Of a stretch of 64,000 nt of DNA, positions 1-9,948 are shown piece after piece. A program made the translations under genes and the position numbers. The first letter of the stretch is position 1. Each line of letters begins with the position of its first letter. The notes beneath the pieces are model-generated. The model saw only the letters and a program-made list of their open reading frames with translations, was not told the DNA's origin and ran no database searches. The stretch comes from Promethearchaeota archaeon (GTDB lineage Archaea; Asgardarchaeota; Lokiarchaeia; Sigyniarchaeales; SOKP01), in the NCBI GenBank assembly GCA_048938025.1, contig JBHLMP010000001.1:64001-128000 (forward strand). The letters are read 5' to 3'.

Positions 1-594
1 AGATTAATTGAGCAAAAATGTAAGAAATTAAAAATTCCACAGCCTTTTCACTCTACTTATGCTGCTTATAAGGCTTGTTCTAATGGGAAAAAAATAATAA
101 TTAAATTAGACACTCATAACATACCCAATTTGCCAAAGAATGATAGAATTATAGGAATTGCTAAAAATGCAAAACAATTCAAAAATTTAATAAAAGAACA
201 TAAAGAATCTTCGTTATTTTTCCAAGAATATTTAGGTAAACCCGATATAATATACAAGATATATGTTATAGATCGTTGGGCTGTTTCTATTACTTCACAT
301 AATCGATTACAACTAAATGAAAACTTATCTCCATTAGATTTAATACATATTAGGGTTCCCATTGAAAAACAGCTAAAAAGAAGAATTTTAAGATTAGGTA
401 GAACCTTACGAATGCCAATTTTTGGTATAGATTATATAATAAATAAAGATGGCGAACCTTATGTTGTAGATATTAATGATTTTCCAAGTTTTAGGAGCAT
501 TCCTGAAGCAGTAAGCTTAATTTCAGATTATATTTATAATATTATAGTTACAAGACCAGAACTGTTAAAAGTTCCGGCAAAAGTGAAGGGATAA
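1..594 (+). CDS. ATP-grasp protein, ITPK1 (inositol polyphosphate kinase)-like; 5'-partial
   Basis: Frame is open from base 1 (RLIEQKCKKLKIPQPF...). C-terminal FGIDYI..PYVVDINDFPSF resembles the ITPK1/RimK ATP-grasp end motif. Confidence 0.7.
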   Translation, partial: RLIEQKCKKLKIPQPFHSTYAAYKACSNGKKIIIKLDTHNIPNLPKNDRIIGIAKNAKQFKNLIKEHKESSLFFQEYLGKPDIIYKIYVIDRWAVSITSHNRLQLNENLSPLDLIHIRVPIEKQLKRRILRLGRTLRMPIFGIDYIINKDGEPYVVDINDFPSFRSIPEAVSLISDYIYNIIVTRPELLKVPAKVKG

Positions 595-638
595 GATTAG
601 AATTTAAGAATTAGCAAAATTCAAGTTATTTTACTATT

Positions 639-1733
639 TTATCGCTCCCTTTTATTTTCAATAAACTCTACTAAGCGTTCTTTAGCGATAAAATCTTCTA
701 ATTGCTCTGGTGGATGCTTCATAAAGAAAGAACAAGCTGTTTCTAACACACCACTAACATTCCTATCTCTGGCAATTTTTGAAATTCTTATGCAATCAGC
801 TATGATTCCAGCAGAATTATTTCCATCTTCAACAAACATCGTAAGATCAACTCTCACAGGAGCACCACCAAATATTCGTCCTTCAAGTCTCATATAAGCT
901 TCTTTTTGATTTTTTAAAAAGGGGATATAATCAACAGCAGATATCTGACATTCAACGGTATCTTTATTTTGGAGCTTTGCTATAACCGCTTCTGTTTTCG
1001 ATTCACGTTTTCCTTCTTCATATACTAATTCACCATCTGGTTTATGAGTTAAAAGATTGCAAAAATCACTACAACCACCCCAATCTAATTGAATAGTACG
1101 ATCTAATATTGCGCCCCGCATGGGAAAAAGATTTGCTAAAGAACGATGGATGATTGTTGCACCAATTTGAGATTTTACATCATCTCCTATTATTGTTAGA
1201 TTTAAGCTCTCTGCTTTTTTAATTATTTCTGGATCTTTTGCAACATATGAGGGCATACCATTAACTACACATGCCCCTGCTTCAAGAGCTGACATGGCAT
1301 AAAATTTAACAGCTTTATGTGCTCCAGTGGGAAGGAGTATAACTGCTATATTAACATCTCGATCTTTCATTTCTCTTACAACATCAACAGGTTCTTGACT
1401 ACTGGATACTGGAACAATATTTTTAATATTACTATTTAAACCATCCATTATAGGGCCTTTTAATATTGGAGCCTCCAAGAAATCAGGTTGATAAAGTTTC
1501 ATATTACAATTAGGCTCTGCAAAAATTGCTTCACTCATGTCCTTTCCTACTTTATTTGTATTTACATCAAATCCAAGTACAAAATTAATATCATCTATAT
1601 TGTATTCCTTTATTTCAGGTAATAATCCAATAATTTTGTTAGGATTTTTTTTGTAGTTTTCAGTTCCTTGCACTAACGCACTAGCAACATCCCCAAAACC
1701 AATGATACATGTATTTATTTTTTTATTCGCCAT
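639..1733 (-). CDS. ino1: myo-inositol-1-phosphate synthase
   Basis: N-terminal GFGDVASALVQG Rossmann motif, GFDV..KVGKD, GDDVKSQIGATIIHR, SKT and D..NSAG motifs. Confidence 0.9.
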   Translation of the reverse strand: MANKKINTCIIGFGDVASALVQGTENYKKNPNKIIGLLPEIKEYNIDDINFVLGFDVNTNKVGKDMSEAIFAEPNCNMKLYQPDFLEAPILKGPIMDGLNSNIKNIVPVSSSQEPVDVVREMKDRDVNIAVILLPTGAHKAVKFYAMSALEAGACVVNGMPSYVAKDPEIIKKAESLNLTIIGDDVKSQIGATIIHRSLANLFPMRGAILDRTIQLDWGGCSDFCNLLTHKPDGELVYEEGKRESKTEAVIAKLQNKDTVECQISAVDYIPFLKNQKEAYMRLEGRIFGGAPVRVDLTMFVEDGNNSAGIIADCIRISKIARDRNVSGVLETACSFFMKHPPEQLEDFIAKERLVEFIENKRER

Positions 1734-1876
1734 GATATTCTTAATATAAAATTATTATATTTAAATCATTTTAAATTGAAGCGATCTCTATATATGTTAT
1801 CAATTGTTGAATGACGTTTACATTTTATCAATTTCAACAATATTTAAGAAGATTCATTACAAATACAATATAAAAA

Positions 1877-2770
1877 ATGGCTAAAAAATTAATTTTTTCA
1901 GCAGTTAAGGATCATGAAGTTATCAAAAAGGTTATTAAGAACTTAAGAAATGATTATGAAATTTCATTAAAGTTCCATGATCCAACAGAAGACTTTCTTG
2001 ATTTAGAGAAAATTTCTGATTTATTCGAAGATATTGATTTATTAATTGTAAAAGTAAGAAGTGAATGTTCAATAGATTTACTCCATCTTGCTAAATTATA
2101 TCAAATACCTATTTTGCATGATATTGATACTGTTTTGATGTGTAAGAATAAAATTGCTCTTGATTTAGCAATCAGAAAGATTTTAAAAGAAAATTCAGAT
2201 GTCTTAAATCACTTTTCAATTCCTAAATCATGGACACATTCCCTTAAAAACATAGATAGATTTAAAGAATGGGCTTTACCAAAATTGCCTATTGTTATAA
2301 AAAGTCATTATCAACATGATAAATATAATAGATTTAATTTTTTGGTTCAAAAAATTGGAGAAGTTGAAAAATTTTGTGAAAGATATAAAATTTTCTTATT
2401 TTATGATGTATACATTCAGGAGTTTATTAAATGCGACGGTATGGAATATAAAGTATATGTTATTGGAGATAAAATTTATGGAATTGAAAGGGAAAATCCA
2501 TTATATATATATTTGAGAGAAAAGCCAGAGGAAATCGATGTGGAAAAGTTGAAAAGAAAACAATTTAAAATTTCTGATGATATAAGAATTTTAGCCGAAA
2601 TCCTTTCAAAAGAATTAAATTTAAAAATTTTTGGATTTGATTTAATTAAGCCAATTAATCTTGAAAAATATTATATTATTGACTTAAATGATTTTCCGAG
2701 CTTTAAAGGAATTCAGAATGTAGAAAATACTATAGTAGCCTATATTAAAAATTATTTATTCAAGAATTAA
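1877..2770 (+). CDS. ATP-grasp protein, ITPK1-like
   Basis: PIVIKS, IQEFI, YKVYVIGD, IFGFDLI and YYIIDLNDFPSFKG motifs. Confidence 0.75.
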   Translation: MAKKLIFSAVKDHEVIKKVIKNLRNDYEISLKFHDPTEDFLDLEKISDLFEDIDLLIVKVRSECSIDLLHLAKLYQIPILHDIDTVLMCKNKIALDLAIRKILKENSDVLNHFSIPKSWTHSLKNIDRFKEWALPKLPIVIKSHYQHDKYNRFNFLVQKIGEVEKFCERYKIFLFYDVYIQEFIKCDGMEYKVYVIGDKIYGIERENPLYIYLREKPEEIDVEKLKRKQFKISDDIRILAEILSKELNLKIFGFDLIKPINLEKYYIIDLNDFPSFKGIQNVENTIVAYIKNYLFKN

Positions 2771-3621
2771 GCCATTGAAGTTATTATTAAAACTGGTAAT
2801 ACTATAGCATAAGTAATTATCCCATACATAACGCAGAAATATCCGAATTGAACCTTTTTTGCTAATTTTAATAAAATTTCAATTGAAATATATCCTACGC
2901 CAAAACTGACAATTGTGATAACAGCAATAGTTAATAAATCAAGAGTGCCAAATACAGAACCTTCGCCAAAAATAATATCTACACCAATAGAAGCAAAAAC
3001 AACAGGAACTGACATTAAAAAGCTTAATTTCAAAGCATTTTCTTGATTATATTTTTCATATATTATCGTTGAGACTGTAACTCCTGAACGTGAAACCCCA
3101 GGTAATATGGAGACTCCTTGAGTTAGACCTGATAAAAAGCTATCTTTTATGATTTGATCTTTTGAAACATCAGTAATAGCATTATCACCAAAAGTTTTTT
3201 TAGCTTTTAATAAAATTACTCCAGTAACAATTAATAAGCCAGAAATTACCAAAGTAATTACATCTCCTTGGAAAGCAGTAAATCTAGCAATAATTAAAAC
3301 TTTTAATAAGAAATAAAGAGGTATTGCGGTAATTGCCGTACCAATTGTAGCATAAATAAGCCAATTTCTTTTCTTTATATCGATATCGTCTATACCATCA
3401 GTTTTAGGCATAAATGATTTAAAAACACTAATAAAATCTGTTCGAAATTTAAATATAACAGCTAAAGTTGTTCCTAGATGTAACCATATGGCAAGACTAA
3501 AGGCTTCTTCGGGAGAAATGTTGAAGAAATTAATAGAAAATATCATAACTTGTCCTGATGATGAGATAGGAAGCCATTCAAATAAGCCCTGTAAAATTGC
3601 GATAATTATATATTCAATCAT
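2767..3621 (-). CDS. uppP: undecaprenyl/polyprenyl-diphosphate phosphatase (BacA family)
   Basis: QGLFEWLPISSSGQ and LPGVSRSG motifs; polytopic membrane protein. Confidence 0.9.
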   Translation of the reverse strand: MIEYIIIAILQGLFEWLPISSSGQVMIFSINFFNISPEEAFSLAIWLHLGTTLAVIFKFRTDFISVFKSFMPKTDGIDDIDIKKRNWLIYATIGTAITAIPLYFLLKVLIIARFTAFQGDVITLVISGLLIVTGVILLKAKKTFGDNAITDVSKDQIIKDSFLSGLTQGVSILPGVSRSGVTVSTIIYEKYNQENALKLSFLMSVPVVFASIGVDIIFGEGSVFGTLDLLTIAVITIVSFGVGYISIEILLKLAKKVQFGYFCVMYGIITYAIVLPVLIITSMA

Positions 3622-3624
3622 CGT

Positions 3625-4104
3625 TTAAAATGAATATTTGTTTAATCCTTTCAATAAAGAATCAATAATCTCATCACGAGCAATTCTAAATCCCTCAATT
3701 TCTTTCATTGATGGATCTTCAATATCCCCATTTAACCCCGAGAATTCTTTTAAAGTTAAAATTTCCTTATTACCAGTATCAATAAATTCCATAAGCTCTT
3801 TTTTATGCTTTTCTGTCAAAGTGAAAATCAAATCTGCATTGATAATTAATTCTGGGTGTTTTTTCAAATCGATTGATATAGAATTATCAGACAATTTAAT
3901 TCCAATCTCCTTCATAACTAATTTTGCATCCATTGATATAAGCATTCCCTCTCTAGCATGAGAAGAAATCCCTCCAGATTTAACCTCAACATCTAAATCA
4001 TGTTTAGAAAAGAAATTTTTTAAAAACCCTTCAGCCATCCGGCTTCTTGCAGTATTTACACTACAGACAACTAAAATTGATTTATAAGGAAATTTTATAA
4101 CCAT
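3625..4104 (-). CDS. low-molecular-weight phosphatase (LMW-PTP/ArsC family)
   Basis: P-loop VCSVNTARS (CX5R) and DIEDP motif. Confidence 0.85.
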   Translation of the reverse strand: MVIKFPYKSILVVCSVNTARSRMAEGFLKNFFSKHDLDVEVKSGGISSHAREGMLISMDAKLVMKEIGIKLSDNSISIDLKKHPELIINADLIFTLTEKHKKELMEFIDTGNKEILTLKEFSGLNGDIEDPSMKEIEGFRIARDEIIDSLLKGLNKYSF

Positions 4105-4144
4105 TATTTAAATTAAAAGATAGATGTAAAAAAATTATTATTAT

Positions 4145-4819
4145 TTAAGAAAAACTCTTCTTATTCACGAATTTTACTCCTTTTTTTTGCATACTTTTTA
4201 ATGAATTTAATATATTCCCTGGGGGGAGATCAACTCCTCTCGTTAAATCCGCTATGAAGTAAACATCATATCCAAAATCTACTCCATCTAGAGCAGTGAA
4301 ATAACAACAATAATCTAATGCTAATCCACAGACGAAAATTCTCTTAATATTTAATGATTCTAAATATTTTCTTAATCCAGTTTCAGACTTTTTATCATTA
4401 TCCTGAAAACCAGAATAACTATCAACTTTGGGCTTCATCCCTTTTTGGAATATTTTGTTTGCTAAATTTACGTTCAGATTTTTATGAAATTCAGCGCCTC
4501 TTGTACCTTGAACACAATGATCAGGCCATAAAACAGGTCCTATAGCAGCATCTTCAGAGATATATTCATCACCTGGATTTTTTCCGGGATGATTGCTAGC
4601 AAATGATAAATGATTTTGAGGATGCCAATCTTGTGTTAATACAATTAATGCTTTATTGTTTTTAAAAATCTCAGCAATTATATTAATATCCTCAATTATC
4701 AAATCTCCTTCCTCAACTGGTAATGAACCCCCTGGAATAAAATCATTTTGCATATCAACTATTATTAATACATCGTTTCCATCAATCTGAATGTTTTTTT
4801 CAAACTTTAATTTTTCCAT
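4145..4819 (-). CDS. pncA: nicotinamidase/pyrazinamidase
   Basis: DMQNDF, QDWHP, WPDHCVQGT, DSYSGF and GLALDYC motifs. ATG at 4819 follows AGGTG. Confidence 0.92.
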   Translation of the reverse strand: MEKLKFEKNIQIDGNDVLIIVDMQNDFIPGGSLPVEEGDLIIEDINIIAEIFKNNKALIVLTQDWHPQNHLSFASNHPGKNPGDEYISEDAAIGPVLWPDHCVQGTRGAEFHKNLNVNLANKIFQKGMKPKVDSYSGFQDNDKKSETGLRKYLESLNIKRIFVCGLALDYCCYFTALDGVDFGYDVYFIADLTRGVDLPPGNILNSLKSMQKKGVKFVNKKSFS

Positions 4820-4846
4820 AATACACACACCTTATCAATATAATAA

Positions 4847-5524
4847 TTAAATTTTTTTATATAACAAATAACACGAATTAATTAATAACCAAAATAAGAT
4901 ACCAAAATGAACTATCCATTCAGTTGTTGGCATAATTGTATATACTGCTCTACCAAAATTATAACACAAGTCAGGATAATAATTACAAAAATTAGTTGTA
5001 AAAAATGGTATTAGGTAAAAAATAAAAATCCCTGCTACAATATAACTTATAATTGTTTGCATTTTTGAAAAATTTGGATTTTTACTCATCATAATACTAA
5101 ATATAGTTAAGAATATTGATGCTCCCATCCAACTTAGAAGTGCAAATAATCCGTGTAAGGAACTAATAAATTCATTTACTCCTGTGAAGCTTTCAGTTAG
5201 AACAGTAGTTATAGAAGAAAAGATTGACGTATATAAACCAATTTTTATTAAATATCCATTTACATTTTCATTCTTGAGGCATCTCACAAAATATATTAGA
5301 AAGGGAATTGAAGTAATACCAAAAAGAATTATTCCGATTCTTAAGTAAATTCCTCCTGTTTGGTGACCTAATATACTTATTGATTTCTGCCAAAAGATAT
5401 ATTCTGGAGATAATAAAAGAGCTAAAATAGTACCAAAAAACCCGAAAATAAATGCTAATATTCCAAAAAAGTATCCCGGTGCATGATTAAAGAGTTTATC
5501 AAAAAAATCATAAACTTTCTTCAT
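4847..5524 (-). CDS. DUF998-like membrane protein
   Basis: About 6 TM helices, SISILG, a conserved His (LHG) and a terminal EW; paralog of the next gene. Confidence 0.6.
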   Translation of the reverse strand: MKKVYDFFDKLFNHAPGYFFGILAFIFGFFGTILALLLSPEYIFWQKSISILGHQTGGIYLRIGIILFGITSIPFLIYFVRCLKNENVNGYLIKIGLYTSIFSSITTVLTESFTGVNEFISSLHGLFALLSWMGASIFLTIFSIMMSKNPNFSKMQTIISYIVAGIFIFYLIPFFTTNFCNYYPDLCYNFGRAVYTIMPTTEWIVHFGILFWLLINSCYLLYKKI

Positions 5525-5600
5525 AATTATTCTCCAAGATTTTATAATTTAAAAAAATTTACATAAGAAACTAATAAAATACATAACAAAACAATTGAAA

Positions 5601-6251
5601 TTAAATTTTTTTATAAATCATATAAGTCGATATAATAAAATACCAAAGAATAATAGCAAAAGTGTCTATCCACTCTATAGAAGGTAAAATTATTACTAGA
5701 AAATTTGTTGCCTTAAAAAAATGCAAAATAAAAATGATTAGTAATACTAATAGAAGAAATGATACAATAAACCCTAAATATGCTAAATTCTTTGAAAATT
5801 TTGAATCCTTCATGATTAATAGACTAAAAAGCGAAATGTATAATAATCCAAAAAGCCAACTAATAAACGCAAAAGTACCATGTATTAGCGCAACTATAGG
5901 ATTTGAACCACAAAAACCACCTAAAATTACTAAACTCGCACAAGAAACCAGTGCAATAAGTATTGTGTTTTTCCGGAGTTTTTCATTAATTCCATCTTCA
6001 TCAAACGTTCTCCCTAAAGCAATAACAAACAGTATTGCGAATATCCCAGAAAATACTGATCCAATTTGAAAATAAATTCCTCCAGGACCTTTACATAAAT
6101 AACTTACCGCTTTTTTCGTAAAATCATAACCCGGAAAAAGTAAAAATGCTATTATATCACCAGTAATTCCAAATATAATTGATAATAGACCAAATACCCC
6201 TCCTGAAACAGATTGTAGAATTTTATTAATGACTGAATTTAGTCCTTTCAA
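5601..6251 (-). CDS. DUF998-like membrane protein (tandem paralog)
   Basis: PGYDF..AVSYL..GPGGIYF, IHG and EW motifs. Confidence 0.6.
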   Translation of the reverse strand: MKGLNSVINKILQSVSGGVFGLLSIIFGITGDIIAFLLFPGYDFTKKAVSYLCKGPGGIYFQIGSVFSGIFAILFVIALGRTFDEDGINEKLRKNTILIALVSCASLVILGGFCGSNPIVALIHGTFAFISWLFGLLYISLFSLLIMKDSKFSKNLAYLGFIVSFLLLVLLIIFILHFFKATNFLVIILPSIEWIDTFAIILWYFIISTYMIYKKI

Positions 6252-6408
6252 CGTTAATCATTTTGATAAATATTTTAAATATAAAAAACTAATCGAATCC
6301 TTTTCTAGAAAAATGTCAAATTAAACCAGATTAGGGGATCATGCATGAATCCAAAAAGATTAAATTTAACACTCTAATTATATTTATTAAACTATTGATA
6401 CTAAATTT

Positions 6409-6504
6409 GCGCTCGTAGTATAGATTCTGTAAAAAATCAGAAGTATAATGGTAGAATCTCGGATTCCCATTCCGAGGACCCGGGTTCAATTCCCGGCGGG
6501 CGCA
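6409..6504 (+). tRNA. tRNA-Gly(CCC) with a 25-nt intron in the D-loop (6424-6448)
   Basis: Acceptor GCGCTCG/CGGGCGC, anticodon arm TCGGA-TTCCCAT-TCCGA, T-arm CCGGG-TTCAATT-CCCGG. The insert forms a bulge-helix-bulge-like motif. Confidence 0.9.
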
Positions 6505-6516
6505 CTTTCAACTATT

Positions 6517-8703
6517 TTACCATGATAATCCTTTTATAAAGCGTAAATTATCAATGATTTTTTTTGCCTTTTGGATAGGTACTTCCATAAAAGCATAAAA
6601 TTCATTTTGCCAGAATGCCTTTCCAGAGGTAGTTGATCGTATATCTTCAGCGAATTTTATTGAATTCCTAACAGGAATTAATATCTCGATAATAGCTTGA
6701 TAATCCTTTTCCTGATCTATACTTTTTATTTTAGCAGAAAATTTTGAAAGTAAGGTAGTTACAACTTTAATATAATCTGGAGGAAGTTGGATAATAGAAT
6801 GATATATAGGTTCTAATAGGATTATTTCAGCTTCATTTAAACCATTTTTAATTGCATCGTAGAACATGGCAGATAATTCAGAAAAAGCATTTTCTTCACT
6901 AGTTTTTTCAATTATTAGATCAGAAATAATAATTTTAGTTTCTGCTAGCTTTTCTCCACATAAGGGACCATATAAGCTTATTTTTTCAAGGATTTCAAGA
7001 ATTAGATTTTTGTAAAACTCATTTAATTCAGGTTCACATTGATATATTAAAACGTTCTGGTCATCATCACATTTCCAGAATTGTTTAATCTCAATATCAG
7101 ACAAGTTAGTTTTTTCTTTTAAGATTTCTTTTAATTTATTAAAAGGTTTTATTGTTTTATAATCAATATTTTGAAAAAACCTTACTGTTTTATTATCTAA
7201 TCTTTCAATTATCAATTCTAAGGAACAATGACCATTAGGAGATATCGCTTTAATTAGAGAGGATTTATATCTACAGGACTCCTTAAAGACAGCCCTAGGT
7301 TCCGATATTGAAACATTTACACCTCGCTTTTCAATTTCATGAGCACTAACTTCAAGATGTAATGGACCCATTCCAGATAGTAAAAATTCTCCATTTTCTT
7401 CATTAATCTCGAATTTCAAATTAGGATCTTCTATTAGTAAATTTTCAATAAGTATTTTCATCTTGTCTAAATCTCTCAAATACTCAGGTTCAATGGATAC
7501 AGTAACAACTGGAGTAGTTACATACTTAACACTCTCAAATGGGACCATATTGTCGGTATAATCACTTTCTATAATAGTTTCACCACTTTTAATTTTCTTA
7601 AGTCCTTCGATAGCAACTATATTTCCAACAGGTATTCTATCTACTTGTTCTCTTCGCTGACCCATAAAGATTGCAATTCTTTGTATTGTTTCATAGTTAT
7701 TCTCTCCTAATAAAAAAACTTCATTCTTTTTTACACAATTTCCTGAAAAAATTCTTCCTGTTGCAACTAAACCATGCTTGTCAACCTGAACTTTACTTAG
7801 ACATATAATTAAAGGACCTTCAGGATCACAATTAACCATTTTCTGACCTAACTTGGAATTAATATCACCATCCCAAATTTTAGCAATCCTATATTTCTGC
7901 GCATCTATAGGATTAGGTAGATGGTCAACAACCATTTCCAATATAGCTTTATGAATTGGAAAATAAATAGCTAAATCTGTATAACTCTCCTTAGAATATG
8001 TATCTTTATTATATCTCTCTCTAATATCTTTAAACTTAATATCACTTTTTTCTAAAATACCTAGGGTAAAACCCCATTTATGAAGAGCTGAACCAAATGC
8101 AACATTTCCAGCTAAAGGAGAAACTTTCCATCTTTTATTATAAGGATGTTCAGCATGTCTTTCAATAAGAATATTAAAACTTTTAATTATTCTAATGTAT
8201 TTTTTTTTAATTTCTTCATCTGAAAGTTTTAACTCTCGAATTAGTCTGTCTACTTTATTGATAAAGAGAACTGGTCTTACTCCTTCTTGTAATGCTTGTT
8301 TAATTACTGTTTCAGATTGGGTAATTATTTCTTCAACAGCATCCACAACTACAATAACTCCATCGATTAACCTTAAAGCACGAGTTACTTTTCCACTAAA
8401 ATCTAAATGACCGGGAGTATCTACTAAATTTATCAGGAAAGGTTCATATCCTTCAAGAGATTCATAATACAAGGAAATATTAGCAGATTTCATTGTGATT
8501 CCACGTTTCTGTTCTTCTTCCAAAAAATCTAAGGCTCTAGCTTCACCAGCCAAATCTGGTGATAAGAATCCAGCTTCACTTAGAAGGGAATCGGATAATG
8601 TAGTTTTACCATGATCTATATGACCAACTAATCCTATATTACGAATATTTTGAGGTCTTTCCATTAAACCCAGAATTTCTACAATCTCCTTTCGGCGTGG
8701 CAT
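6517..8703 (-). CDS. elongation factor 2 paralog (aEF-2p-like, no diphthamide loop)
   Basis: GHIDHGKTT, RGIT, DTPGH, NKVD and GMGPLHLE motifs. Domain IV lacks the H-R-G diphthamide motif (reads IIEKTSEENAFSEL). Confidence 0.88.
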   Translation of the reverse strand: MPRRKEIVEILGLMERPQNIRNIGLVGHIDHGKTTLSDSLLSEAGFLSPDLAGEARALDFLEEEQKRGITMKSANISLYYESLEGYEPFLINLVDTPGHLDFSGKVTRALRLIDGVIVVVDAVEEIITQSETVIKQALQEGVRPVLFINKVDRLIRELKLSDEEIKKKYIRIIKSFNILIERHAEHPYNKRWKVSPLAGNVAFGSALHKWGFTLGILEKSDIKFKDIRERYNKDTYSKESYTDLAIYFPIHKAILEMVVDHLPNPIDAQKYRIAKIWDGDINSKLGQKMVNCDPEGPLIICLSKVQVDKHGLVATGRIFSGNCVKKNEVFLLGENNYETIQRIAIFMGQRREQVDRIPVGNIVAIEGLKKIKSGETIIESDYTDNMVPFESVKYVTTPVVTVSIEPEYLRDLDKMKILIENLLIEDPNLKFEINEENGEFLLSGMGPLHLEVSAHEIEKRGVNVSISEPRAVFKESCRYKSSLIKAISPNGHCSLELIIERLDNKTVRFFQNIDYKTIKPFNKLKEILKEKTNLSDIEIKQFWKCDDDQNVLIYQCEPELNEFYKNLILEILEKISLYGPLCGEKLAETKIIISDLIIEKTSEENAFSELSAMFYDAIKNGLNEAEIILLEPIYHSIIQLPPDYIKVVTTLLSKFSAKIKSIDQEKDYQAIIEILIPVRNSIKFAEDIRSTTSGKAFWQNEFYAFMEVPIQKAKKIIDNLRFIKGLSW

Positions 8704-8785
8704 CTTCCATGAATATTTTTCCTATCTTTTATATAGGATTATTATTGATTTGATTAAAATTTTAGTATTATAAATTTAGAATAAG

Positions 8786-8881
8786 GGGAAATGACCTCTC
8801 ATAACTCAAGATCTTCTTCATCTTATTGGTTTTGAAATACCAAAATCAGTTGGGTCAGAGTTTTCAAAAAAGTCATTTCCC
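8786..8881 (-). ncRNA. box C/D guide sRNA candidate (predicted target Cm34 of tRNA-Leu CAA)
   Basis: Perfect 10-bp terminal stem 8786-8795/8872-8881. C TTGAAAA (8867-8861), D' CTGA (8849-8846), C' ATGAAGA (8821-8815), D ATGA (8802-8799), both pairs in K-turn geometry. 12-nt guide AGATCTTGAGTT. Confidence 0.7.
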
Positions 8882-8901
8882 TAATAATATTTAATTCATA
8901 G

Positions 8902-9537
8902 TTATAAATTAATTTCCCCATTAATTCTTACAATTCTTCCATCAACATGTAATCTTTTATCACAAAATAGTTCGATTGCTTTCGGAAAAATTTTATGCTC
9001 CCATTCAAGAACTCTTGGTCCAAGAGTATCTTCTGTATCAGTATCATAGACAGGTACACATTTTTGGATAATAATTGGTCCGTGATCAGATTCCATATCC
9101 ACAAAATGAACTGTACAACCAGATACTTTAACACCATATTCTAAAGCATCTCTGTGAGCATGCATCCCTCTAAAAGAGGGTAATAACGCGGGGTGAATAT
9201 TCATAACATTTCCATTAAAGGCATTGATGAATTTTTGACTTACTAATCTCATGTAGCCAACTAAAGTAATTAATTCACACTCATATTTTTCTAATACACT
9301 AATTATTTTTTGATCAAATTCTTCTCTTGGGACATGGAGATACTTATCAGATTCTATTAGAACATAAGGTATATTATGACTTTTAGCACGTTCCATGCAA
9401 AATGCTCCTGCTTTATTGCAAATCAATACTTCTACTTTAGCTTTATTCTTTAAGATTCCATTTTCACATGCTTTGACGATTGCTTCAAAATTACTCCCCG
9501 ATCCGGAAGCTATTGCTCCTATTTTTATTATTGACAT
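8902..9537 (-). CDS. purN: phosphoribosylglycinamide formyltransferase
   Basis: ASGSGSN, GYMR, NIHPALLPSF and GCTVHFV..DHGPII motifs. Confidence 0.95.
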   Translation of the reverse strand: MSIIKIGAIASGSGSNFEAIVKACENGILKNKAKVEVLICNKAGAFCMERAKSHNIPYVLIESDKYLHVPREEFDQKIISVLEKYECELITLVGYMRLVSQKFINAFNGNVMNIHPALLPSFRGMHAHRDALEYGVKVSGCTVHFVDMESDHGPIIIQKCVPVYDTDTEDTLGPRVLEWEHKIFPKAIELFCDKRLHVDGRIVRINGEINL

Positions 9538-9948
9538 AGATCCTCTTAATTATCTTTTTTAAAAAAATTTTACTCAAATAGAGCATATTGAGAACTATTT
9601 ACATCTAAATTATAATATTAAGACATCGAAGTTCTTCTATTTTACATAATAAAAAGATTTTTATTTGATTAACTTATATATTAATTAGAAATTAGAAGTA
9701 ATCTATTCTAAAATTTAGTCTCTTGTATTATTTTATATAATATTTGAGAGAAAACAATTCTATTTATAAAAACATCATTTAAAAAGAAAATTTGAAAAAT
9801 TCGGATATATAAATTCTTAAAGTCAAATTAAATTAAGATTTTTAAATAGATCCTAAGCAAAAAATAGAGTATTTTAAAAATAGAGATATTATCAATGATT
9901 TTACTTCTAAATAAAATTTATATGAATTATTCAAAAAACTGAAGATTT

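Noticed and set aside
9538-9948. Long AT-rich spacer as a replication origin
   Set aside because: No repeated ORB-like motifs; it is explained as a divergent promoter region.
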